A stretch of DNA of 37,431 nucleotides from Enoplolaimus lenunculus (Eukaryota): positions 496,001 through 533,431 of the forward strand of contig JASANG010002214.1 of assembly GCA_030248215.1 (NCBI GenBank), in the 5' to 3' direction. The notes beneath the pieces were generated by a model. That model was not told the DNA's origin. It ran no database searches and saw only the letters and a list, made by a program, of their open reading frames with translations. How positions within the stretch are numbered: the first letter of the stretch is position 1; each line of letters begins with the position of its first letter. Below are positions 24,701 through 36,100 of the stretch, one piece after another. Made by a program: the position numbers and the translations under genes.

Positions 24701-27430
24701 TTGAATGTTTATTCAAAATTTAGCATCAACACCTTCAGGTTGTTTCTATTTAAAAACACTACAAAAACAACAAAAAAATTTTTTGAGTAAAAATTATCAG
24801 CCAAAAGTAGTTGACAGTACAATCTGAAGAATACACTTTTTCAGTCGTGAACTGCAATCTGTAAAATGTTCGGCGCAGTGTTTGTTTACTTTTTTTCAGC
24901 GATCTGAAGCCTGAAAATATCCTGCTTGATTCTGAAGTATGTAATATGTTAATGCTTTTTAGGAACACATACCAGCAGCTCAGTTCTAAACTGCGCTCGC
25001 TATTATTAAATGTGCTTTAAAACTGTCTAGCATACACAATGCAGGTGCATACAGTTCGTGAGTAATTTACAATGCGTGTATTAATCTTTTTCAAGCCAAT
25101 GATAGGCATGAATCATGAAATTTGTTTGTAAACATTAGAAATTACGTATTTTTCAGTTTGTTTTCGTGTTAAGAGAAGTTGTTACTATATCAATCCGAAT
25201 ATTGTAATGAATTTATCTATTGTGAAGCAAGATACGGTTATTTCTAGGGTCATATAGTTTTGACCGACTTCGGACTGTGCAAGGAAAATATGGTTCAAAA
25301 CCAGAAAACTGGAACGTTTTGTGGCACACCAGAAGTAAGTGATGCACTGATCCTTCTTGAAAGGGTGAGAAGTCTTTTTATACCGTACTTATTAAGCGTT
25401 TTTAATGAAAAAACACCATTTATTTTTGTATTTGCAGTTATTTTAAATTGAAATTTGATACCCATCGTTGATATAATTTAAATATAAGGAAATTGAATAG
25501 CTTTAAAAGTAATGGGTAATAAGCTAACGACACACTTAATGTGAGTTTGAAGATTAAGCAAAACAAAACGAGCTTATCTTCACAAACTTCAAGCTGTAAC
25601 AAACGAAGCAGCTTTGAGAAACTTGAGCAGTTGACAATTATTACATAATGTTATGCGTATGAACAAGAATGCCAGCACTTGTACTTCTTCTAAAATGTTT
25701 ATCAAAATTGCACTCAAACATTTATTTGCAGTACTTGGCCCCGGAAATTATTCAAAAGGCGATGTATACGAAAACTGTTGATTGGTGGTGCCTTGGCGCT
25801 GTGCTATATGAAATGTTAACTGGCTTGGTGAGGTTATTTCCGCAATTGTACTGTTTTATTTGATTAATTACAAAAAATAGCTTAAAATGTGTTTTGGATG
25901 TTTGTGAGCTAAACGCGTATTGATATTTGTCACATTTGTCGTCAAATTTTAGTATGTAAGCGACTTTAAGTATTTTTGATTCTAACTTCTCAGTAAATCA
26001 ATTCCATTTAGAGCAGCCACCTATATAAATCATGTATGTTGAAGTAAGATGTTTAAAAACGTGATTTAATGGTTATTAAAGATCAGCAGTGTTTGTTTTG
26101 ATAATACGTGCTTGTAAAATTTTGTGAAACAGCGTTGCACACGACTGCTTCATATCGGCGCTTTTTGAATGGATGTGTGTTGGTTTTAGCCACCATTCTA
26201 CAGTCGAGATCACAAGAAAATGTATCACGGCATAGTACATTGTCAACTTACATTCCGAGTACCACTAACACCATCCGCTAAAGATCTGATACAAAAAGTG
26301 AGTATTTATAAGGCGATATCTATGAGCATTGGCCGTTTACTTACAGATTGAGTAGCGCACAGCCAATGAGTATGGAAACATGTTTCCTAGTCATACTGAA
26401 GTGGACGCATTTTCTAATCCTTAGATCAAGCGATATTTTGATGTTAGTACAAAAGTTTAGGTGTTTTACGACAATTTACCACTCTAAAGGCGCTTGTTAA
26501 CATTATTCTAGTTTAAATAATGCTTTAGACACGTGTCGAAATTTTTGAGAAATCCATGTTTTAGATGCTCAGAAAAAATCCAAACGAACGTCTTGGCTAC
26601 GAGCGAGACTTTGAGGATATCCAGTCGCACAGTTTCTTTCACTGTATTGATTGGGAAGCGCTCGTTGAACGTCGTTTGAAACCACCCTTTGATCCAAAAG
26701 TGGTAAGTTTGACATGAATTAGGTTTTAGTGTACTCTGTTGTTCTTGTCAGCGTAATTACAGTCACGAAATAACAATTCAATGTCGCGTTTTATTGGACG
26801 TTTTGACTAGCTTTAGGGTGGCGCTATGCTCATCATACGGCGTCATTCGGCGGCAGATAGCATTAAAAAGTAAAAAATAAAGCACCGCCGTAACACCTAA
26901 TATTTTTTGTAAAATTGTTTAAAAATCGAGCATTTGTATTTTAGTGATCATGGAATTATTCATTTTAATACCATGATAACATTATCCTGTTGCAGGCCAA
27001 CGATCTTGATCTGAAAAATATAAGCGCTTCCTTTACAAGAGAGGCTGTTCCAGGTACTTAAGTTAACGATTTTTTTATTCTTTACTAAACCTTCTGTATT
27101 ATTATGTTTTGAATATTTGGCTATTGTAAACAAGTTGTGAAATGTGTGTAGAACGTATCTGGGGAAAATTCCTATTAGACTATCCATACAAATTATGTTG
27201 TTTAGAACATGGTATAGACAGTCTATCGCAGGTATTGACAAAGCAGTCGGTTTATTTAAGACTCAGTGGGTCGATCGATGCAGTCGCCATTCGATCCTGA
27301 TCCGGCATTTGTGGGATTTTCTTATGTTTCACCGCTGTTTGAAGAAAGCGATGAAATAATTCACAGTGAATGTGTTGATGACAACGCAGAGAACAGTGTG
27401 AGATCTGATTCAGGGATTAGTGATGACTGA
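21798..27430 (+). CDS. sgk-1: Serum/glucocorticoid-regulated kinase with N-terminal PX domain (SGK3/CISK-like, AGC family), 15 coding exons, about 511 aa
   Basis: Exons read manually, all GT-AG and in phase: 21798-21881, 22138-22221, 22393-22538, 22881-22962, 23162-23220, 23440-23497, 23815-24030, 24417-24529, 24900-24936, 25248-25334, 25732-25827, 26190-26297, 26565-26702, 26996-27053, 27261-27430 (sum 1536 nt, ends TGA). PX motifs: KKFT|VYKIVI...FRRYNEF...FPPKR. Kinase motifs: [62 protein letters not shown], hydrophobic motif FVGFSY. An upstream coding exon cannot be excluded. Confidence 0.95.
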
Positions 27431-28124
27431 TATTCGTGTGATAATTTGTTTTTGTAGCAATATGATTTTTGGATTTTGTAGCATGTTTTCAGGAGGACGA
27501 TGTTAAGCTTGAATACTGTGCCCGCAGGAGACTTAGTGGCTAACTTTATTAAGACTTATGGAAGCATTGTCTTTTTACTGTACCCTAATTATTATGTTAT
27601 CCGAAAATCTACAAAAGTGATTTTGTTTTTGAACGTAGGCTGTGGATGTTGGAAAACTTGGCCATTGTATAGAGAACGGCTGTAACAGTAGTAGAAACAT
27701 ATTCCTAAGACGTAAAAGTAAACATACACATTAACCTTAGCCAAAACTAGTTTAAAATTTTTAGCTAACCTTTTTCGCTAAAAACGGCACCCTTAATATT
27801 TTCATGGGGCGAAAACTCAAAACCCACGTTAATTAAAAGAGCCTGCATAGCGTAATTGTCTGAAATCTAAGCGTAAAGGTTCGCGGTCTGTAGTATTGAT
27901 AAAGGCTGCCAGAATTAAGTTGTGTGTGACAACATACCTTCTAATAACCATTGAGTTCGTTGTTTTAATGAGTATACGTTAAATAGGTATTTAATTAAAC
28001 ACTAAAAATGAACCTGGACTTTTTATATTTGATTCTGTATTCTCTGTACATACGCATATATTTTGTGTTGGTTTCCTAATCTTGTTCGCTTCTTGCCTTA
28101 CTGTTTACCTCATGTGCCATTATG

Positions 28125-28130
28125 AATAAA
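28125..28130 (+). promoter_or_regulatory. Candidate polyadenylation signal of the SGK gene
   Basis: AATAAA about 700 nt after the SGK stop, followed by T/GT-rich sequence (ttgtttattcgtg). Confidence 0.45.
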
Positions 28131-28387
28131 GTTTCAATCATTGTTTATTCGTGAGCACGCTCGATAGTATCATTAGATGATGTTCTTTAGAAAATTGTAA
28201 ACTGTTGTGGTTTTAAACACGTCAGCTGTGTTCTGTTTGTATCGAGGTTATACATAAACGGCAGATCATACTATTAGCGTAATAATGGATAATTGCATTC
28301 GCGAACTGGGTTTCAGTTGACGACACGTTGCTCAGTTTAACACTCAACCGTTGGAGAATCAGTCATAGTATTGTCATTAGTGCCGTC

Positions 28388-28536
28388 GGCCCATGCAAGG
28401 GGCGGGACGTTTTTTTGTAGGAATAGAATAGATTTAGACTAATTTTTTGCTTGGCTTAGGCTTAAGCTTAGGTACATGCTCATTTTTAACGCTTAGGCTT
28501 ATATAATACTGTGCCGCCTGTGTTCTTACATTGGCT
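28388..28536 (+). mobile_element. Merlin-like MITE carrying TTAGGC repeats
   Basis: Ends ggcccatgcaag / cttacattggct. Perfect TSD GTGCCGTC (28380-28387, 28537-28544). Interior gcttggcttaggcttaagcttagg. Confidence 0.85.
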
Positions 28537-28653
28537 GTGCCGTCATAGGACGAAAGTTTCGCGGACCGCCATAGAATGTTGGTTGGGGGTTTGCATGTGT
28601 GACCTTTGAGTACAACGTAGTAACACCTCACGGCCCATTAAGCTTATTTTTTA

Positions 28654-29245
28654 CTGTAGTCACCCGAATAAGAAAGGCACTGATTTTTATTTATCCTCTC
28701 CAGAAGGTACATTCCCTGTTATTCGGTTACGGACTGTTATATATTTTTAACCCGCCCTCCGCCGCCCTTACACTTAGAAATGTACTTTCAAAACTTAAGT
28801 ATAAGTATGCTTTAAAGCTTCGAACTTAACTTTTTTGGTCCTGAAGTCATTTCTACGCTATGATTAGAGATAATTGACATTGATTGACTCTAATTAAATT
28901 AGGATTTATGGACTCTATCCACTTACGGACTCTTAAGAATGCGGACTCCTATTGTTTGGGACTTAAAATGGAAACGCCCTCTTATTCGGGTCACTTTCGA
29001 AACTTTTAAGCGTTCTTAAGTTTTTAAAGTACATTCCTATAGTATAACCTTGCATTATCGCTCAAGCTATTGACACAAGACAAACGTTTAAATCGACGGA
29101 GAGTTGCAATGCCGGATATATATCAGTTACGAAGGGCGGCGCAGAACGGGTTAAAAATAAATATCAGTCCATGACCGAATAACAGGGTGTATCCTCTGGA
29201 GTGGCCAAATAAATATCAGCCCCCTTGTTATTCGGGTCACTACAA
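28654..29245. mobile_element. TA-flanked Tc1/mariner (pogo-like) non-autonomous element with ~115-bp TIRs
   Basis: ta|ctgtagtcacccgaataa...ccctgttattcgg...tttttaacccg...cgccctt versus aagggcg...cgggttaaaaa...ccgaataacaggg...ttattcgggtcactacaa|ta. Confidence 0.8.
28769..29046. mobile_element. Nested inverted-repeat element inside the 28654-29245 element
   Basis: tacacttagaaatgtactttcaaaacttaag / cttaagtttttaaagtacattcctatagtata form ~30-bp inverted repeats. Confidence 0.6.
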
Positions 29246-29895
29246 TACCAGTATAGGTTTGTTAGGAAGGCGCGGCTGCAGTGATAACCTTTTGCCTCTT
29301 AGCTTCCGACTGCGATGCTTGGCCGCGATACTGTATACGGTTGGCTCCCAGTCGGAATGGCAACCGCCGCTCAGCTATAATCCAGCAACAGGGTGGTTTG
29401 CTGTAAATATTTGTTTTAAATTAAATATATTGAAAAATGTTTGCTTTTTTAGCGAACAAAACAATAGATGAGAATTTTATTGACAATTTTTTAAAATCTT
29501 ATCAACATTCTTCATTAGACGTATTAATGACTGGCATGCATTAGTAAACATCGTTGATACCTTTTTGTTTCTAGATGAAATTTTGAAAAAACATTGTCTA
29601 TGCATTTTTGTGGGCATTCATAGTTGTACGTACGGCAATTAAGTTTAACGAAGCTACTTTGCAGGTAGAAGCGTGTGTTGTCACAGTAACAAGGGGCCGT
29701 ATTTTATTGAAGTTTTTGTACACTTTCGTTTCAGAGTTGCCGAAATTTCATATGTTGGCAACTGTAACTTAGGCTATGGCTTCTGACGGAACGTATGTAG
29801 AAGAGCATTTAATTGACATCAAAATGTTTACATCTGGTTATACTGTGGAGTTATCCTGCCTTAAGTTAATATTTAACAAACGCTTTCACGGTTGT

Positions 29896-30048
29896 TAGGC
29901 CCGTAGCCAGCTCACCGTGCTAGGGGGGGCTTAAAATTCTTCAGGCGGGCCAGTCAAGGGTTTTCAATGAGGTACAAGCAAGGTTGAATATTCTCTAGGG
30001 GGCCAAAATTTTTCCAGCCGCTGAGCGCCCCCCCTGGCTACGGGTCCG
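29896..30048 (+). mobile_element. MITE of the CAGGCCCGTAGCCAG-TIR family (copy 4), about 110 nt downstream of the ferlin stop
   Basis: taggcccgtagccag / ctggctacgggtccg TIRs with G/C runs; homologous to the 3461, 7828 and 9982 copies. Confidence 0.8.
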
Positions 30049-30156
30049 TGTTACGGTTAGCGGTTTGTTCTATTTGGCTAAACTAGCATATTAGCAACCG
30101 GTATTGTCTTGGCGAAAAGGTATATTCAGATCAATCAAATCAATATATTGTGATGA

Positions 30157-33100
30157 TCAAATAGCTTCAGTGATTACTATCTCTGGAAGCCGGAACAGAA
30201 AGTAAACCATTGATCCAATTGAAACTAGTACAATAAATACGATAATCACCGTGCATCGATAGCGTCGAAGAAGTCGGCAAAATCCTTTGATGCGTGACGT
30301 TAGCCAGTATGTGTCAAGCGTTGGCCTGTCAGGTGGCGGCAGTACTGGGTTCTGGAAAGTATGTAAAACAAAAAGTTGCAGTGTAGTGCACTTTGGTTGG
30401 AATATGTACATTAGAGTACTCGTATTGATGAAACTTTATAAAACATGCATCGGGTAAATAAACAGGGCCACGGTAAAGAACAGGGGCGGAACAGTATTAT
30501 AAGTATGTTCCTAAACCTAAACCTAGGCGTATAAGAATGAGCATATACCTAAGCCTAAACCTAAGCCAAGCAACAAATTTAGTCTGAAGCTTAAGCGTAC
30601 TCTATTGCAGTCCCAAAAACGTTTCGCCCCTGATCTTTACATGAGCCGTAGGATGTTTAAAATGTTCCAAACGCTAATCTACTCAAGCAATTGTTCGAGC
30701 TAACGGCGTAAGGAGGGTGGTCAGGTTGTAGTATACAGAACCAAAACGATACTGTGGCGGACTGACGGTGTTCAGACTCAAAGCTTTTTTATTTTACAGT
30801 TGGTTATTTGTTTTTGCTTTAATGAACCCCCAGGATCCGCCCCTGCGAGGTACGTATTTGAGGTACATTAGATAGCTTAATTGAACACAAACAAAATCGT
30901 TGGGAATTTTAAAGTTAGCGTTAATGTCATCTAAAATTCAAACAAGAAATTATTCGTATTGTGTATCATTGTACAGTATTGCCCAAATATTCACATGATT
31001 GTTTGCGAAGTGTATCACAATTTTATGCTCACTAAAACGTGTTGCAGGTAAACATATTTGACTCAATCATAACTTCGGTTGAAATGAACCATACCTGGTT
31101 TGGTTGGCTTCGTCCTTTGCCAGCTTGATTTTCAGGAGTTATGGCGTCGAGTTTATCGCATAGATCATATTGTATCTCAACTTTTGAAGTCACTTCAAGT
31201 TTACCCGAGCTTAATTCCTTCCGTAGCATAGGCCAATACCCGCGACCTTGAGTTGTTGAGAACATGCATAGTTTGGGTTCTGTAGTTTCGGTGTAGTAAC
31301 TGTAAAAACGCGGATGTTTTTCTAGGTAGAATATAGGCAGAACACGACCATATACATCGTATACTTGTAAAGAATACCTACAGGAATTATTGCTATACGT
31401 GCGGTTTGAAGTCACGGGCGTAGCCATGGATTTTATTTCCGGATCGAATAACCATGGCTAAAAGTTTTTTGCGAGCGAGCACAGCAAACGATGATATGTT
31501 TTGACATCTGCACTTTATTTTACAGTCTCTATAAGCGCGTTTTTAAAGTTTTGTTTTCACAAATTTGGGGGATTTGTCAAATGTAACCCACTTATGTATA
31601 CGCTCGTTTGGAGCCGATTTAAATACCTTCGTTACTTTTATGATGATGTATAGACTTAAATTTTAAAACTATAACAGTAATGACAATTAGGCAGGCATAT
31701 AGTTAGCCAGAGAACAAAAAATAATGTACAATATTATTATTGGCACAACCGCAGTCTTAAAAACAGCCTCCGTATTATTTGTTAAGCCAAAATTCTGTAA
31801 AAATTCCGCATTATTTTTTAAGACAAAATTCTTAAAAATTCTGCATTATTTGTTGAGCCAAAATTCTTAAAAATTCTGCATTATTTGTTAAGCCAAAATT
31901 CTTAAAAAATTCCGCATTATTTGTTACGCCAAAATTCTTAAAAATTCCGCATTATTTGTTAAGCCAAAATTCTGTAAAAATTCCGCATTATTTGTTAAGC
32001 CAAAATTCTTAAAAATTCCGCATTATTTGTTAAGCCAAAATTCTTAAAAATTCCGCATTATTTGTTAAGCCAAAATTCTTAAAAATGTTTTATTTCAAAT
32101 CTGCACTGAATAAAATTTAACTAAATGAACACACTAATTTACATACCGTTTAACCTGTTGCGATGATGTTGGATCATTGCGTCTTTTGGTTGCTTGCGAC
32201 TGGCGACCGGCACAGCAGAGGCATTGGCGAAGTTGTGCCGTCCTTGCTTGTCGCACTTCAGTCACGTTTGTCATTCGGTCAGCGTTAATCTGAGGCGGCT
32301 CAAACGCCAACAGATCGAACGTATATTGCCCTACAAGTTTATCACGGCCCAACTTATTGTTATCCCATACTTGAACGGTGAGTTGTGGCGAAACACGATC
32401 CGATCCAGTGGTGAAATGATAAAATTTATCTTTCGCACGGGCGACAATTTGTTGCTCACTGGGTAAATAGTCGAAATCGAACACAAAACGCCAGTTGAAT
32501 TCACCGACACCATCCAAGCAACGATAATGAACATCGGTTTTTTGAGTTTCAGCTCGGGCCAGGCCATGGATAAACGCACTGACGTACATATCGCAAGACG
32601 CTTCACCCATGGATCGAGATTCTAGTATAGTGTCACGGGCGCGGTAGAGCGCTAGCCGTAGTTGGTATGCGCGTGGTTGGCGAGGTTGAATGTCAACAGG
32701 AGCTGGTGGTGGCCCGAGCGATTGTGGGAACAAATCGATCCAAAGCATCAGTTTTCCGCGTTCGACCCCAGGGCACCGCGACAAGTACAACCGACGCGAC
32801 TCTACGTGCTCTGGAACGAGCTTCAGTGAGTTGAGCGTATGTAGCGCTAGGCGTTGTTGGGGAGGACCTAGGCATATCTCAGCTACTGAAGAATCCCGAT
32901 GCTCAGTGGAAACATGATCACCTTTTGCTTGTTCGTCGGCACGAAATGTTCCGCTGGTTGCTTGCAAATTTTGACTGTCCGGCGATTGTTCGAATTGACT
33001 CAAGTGGAGTTTGATGTCGCCCAAAGAAATCGCAGTGCCACCGTTGTGGAATTCTGGCAGGGGCAGGTCGTAGCTGTCACAGTAAGCCGCTAGAACATCG

Positions 33101-36100
33101 ATTGGTGACATGCTGTCTCGCCAGGCGTTCGGACCAGAAGTATAGTATTGTTGAGGGAGACCAACCGTGGCACGCCATATGGTCATGAGACGATTTTCCA
33201 AGTCAATCACAGTTTGTCCAATATCTTCATCGACGCCAACGGCGCATCGATCGCGAACCTATAAGAATGTCGAGTTTTTTACCCTTTCCAGCATAGAGTA
33301 TACTGTGAGCAAGTGAGCGAAACTGAGTACTCAAAATAATACACAATGGTGCGGTGTTTAAGAAGTATTACACGTATACACAGTACAATATCTCGACAAT
33401 ATGTGAGTGCTCGAGAGCTCCCATCTCTGGCTCAATCGTCAGCCTCTTATAAGTCGAGTGGAGATGATAAACGCTTCTCATTCGTGAGTCTGGGTTAAGT
33501 CCGCGTTGTGTGAACCTGGATTGCAGATGAAATAGAATATATTGATGCATGAGAGGGTTACATCAGGTATTTATTTTTGCTAAATTTTAAAGTGTTCAAT
33601 TTATAACGGTGACGTACGGTGATGGACGGCGCCGGACAGCGACGGACGGTGCCGGACGTCATCAAAACTATAGCACCATCCTAAGACGTAGTGCCGTTAT
33701 TATTTTAAATTTTTACCTTAAATAATTTGTTTTTTTAAAACAACCCCTTTTTACAACGATGTATATACCTTTATTTTTAAATCTTTATCTTGCGGCATAC
33801 GGGCAGATATTTCGTACATTTGCCCGAAAATTGGATTCAAAGTTTTCGCGACAAACCGTTCTCGACCTGAAATCGTTGGCTGCCGTCCGCATCGCACGGT
33901 TACGTAAGGATCTGCGGTGCCGCGTCGATTTGGGCTCGACAGCCCAACCGCTTGTACTACGTAAACGCGAACCACACACGTCTCAGGTTTGGGAAATACT
34001 TGGCCAGTTTTGAACGGTGACACTGGCGAATCTGGTCCGCTTGCGCTGTATTCCTTGTGATAGATATGCAAACGGCCCTTGAGTTGTCCGATCACTTCAG
34101 ACTCGTCGTGGTCACCATCATTTGCGCTCAAGAATCCTCCTGTAGCACTTGGACTAGCATTTGATTCACATCGTGACGTCTGGCTACCACTGTTTTCGGT
34201 AGTGTTGGCTCGTCGGATTCGACGAAATTCAAATGAATCAAAACAGTCACAAAAGCGGTCGTACAGCGTTACATCTTCCAATTCGCTGTCCAAAATGACT
34301 ATTGGGGTAAATCCCGATTCCAGAAAGCCTCGAGCTTTGTTGAATTCTCCAAACGATGCGTAGAATTTTGACCACCAATCCAAATCGAACGTGCCTTTGA
34401 TGTCTCCGCAGTTGCCGGTGGGGTGTCGCCGACTTTCGGGGATTGCTTCGCCGCGGCCAAGGTTCTTACCGGCCTCTGGAGGGCTATCAGATGATGAGCT
34501 GTCGGACTTTGTTCGCGCTGTCAATGCTTTCTGCCAATCCAACCGTTTGCGTTCAAATTGTGTTTTGCTCTTTTTCATATATCGGGCAAAATCAGTGATC
34601 ACACACGTTCCGACCAGCGGCCTTCGGCCAAAGCTTCGGACATCGTACAGCCTCAGTGTAATCGGGATCATGTAGTACAAATCGGTGGGAATTTCTGTAT
34701 CAAACGACAAAATCGGCTGATCAAAATTTGGATTTTCGCCAACATTCGTCAAATGGCGGGTTCGCATTTTGAAACGTCCCAATTGAAGCTCAACAAGTGG
34801 CGATTTGACAGACATTAGGCGGTAGCGGCGTAAATTGCGAACACCCCAACAAAGGAACTGCACTGATACGCGTTCGTATAGAGGTCGAATGCCAGTTGGA
34901 ACCGCATAGATACGGCGTTCTGTATCCGGATCAAGCTCGTACGGTGGATTTTGCGGCAAATAACCGGCGTTATCCGCTTGAAACAACTCAAACGCGGCTA
35001 AAAGTTCGCCAGCGCACGTACTGCTGTCACTGGCGAACGTATACCATCGCAGTTTAGGGCTGGGTGCTGGCAAGGCTTGATTATCAGCGTCTGCTCGTAC
35101 CGTTGGAGTAGTGATAAAGCGACCAACAAATTTGGCGTCGCCAATCGCTGCGAAATCATAGGCTTCGACCACGATGCCGAGCGGATTGTCTTTGAGACGT
35201 TCAGGGACACCGGCAATATACAACCGGTTCAGGACGAGAGTTTGATCCCAGACTGGATTCACTGAATGCTTGATAACCATTGAATCAGTGGATTTGTTGC
35301 CGAATACTACACGAATAAACGGATTTGGTTGGCCGTCTCGCTCCGCTGCGAACAGATCACGGCCTTGAAATATGTACGCACGAAGTTGCCATTTGTGGAC
35401 GCGGTCGTACTGGACGTAAACGCGCGGGGTCAGTCCTTCTGGCTGAGAGAGGAGGTGATACAAATCGGTGTGTGGCCGCTCTTCGCCAGCTTGGATTTGT
35501 TCGGCGCGGGTGACAACGTTGTCCACGGTGGAGTCATCTCGGGATAAAGCGTTTTGCCTGATCATACGTCGATGCCATCGTCGCCGTCTACAGTTGTCAT
35601 GCTTGCCACGACGGGGCTAAAATGTATGCTGTTGTATACTTTCTCCCTCAGTTTTAAAGTTAAAGTTTAGACTTACGCTAGCAGAGGCTTAGGGTTACGC
35701 ACAGGTAATTCTTTTCGGATGCCAAACGGTAAGCCTAAAGCGTAAATGTTGGGTGTGGGAAATTTAAAACAGCCAATGCATAAAGGCGCAACAAAGAGCG
35801 TTTAGGGATCAAGCTTTCCCTTTTTGAGGTTTTGTTTTGAGGGGATTTAAGTAGTTTTAGATGTAAAGCAAAACCCCCTTTACAATTTTTTAAATTTCTA
35901 GAACAGATCGCAATCCCACGTATGTTCGTAAATACTGTTACGCCTCTGAATAATATATACTATTGGCTGAACAGTCAATTTTTCATGTTTGGTTTTTCAA
36001 ACAGATAAATGATTCTGTACCCTCCAATAGTTTCCACTGCACTTGCTGAATAGTGGCGCAGGCACAGGAAGATAGAAAAACAACTGCCTGCAGAGCTGAG

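Noticed and set aside
27206..27260. Upstream acceptor (tttag at 27205) for the last SGK exon
   Set aside because: It gives a frame that stops before the hydrophobic motif; the acceptor at 27260 yields DSVGRS...FVGFSY.
31378..31427. N-terminus (MATPVTSNRT...) of ORF 31032-31427
   Set aside because: The ATG lies in a MITE terminus within the intron; the in-phase acceptor is at 31378/31377.
31769..32086. 35-bp repeat array as a CRISPR array
   Set aside because: Units are head-to-tail with no unique spacers, there are no cas genes, and it lies in a spliceosomal intron.
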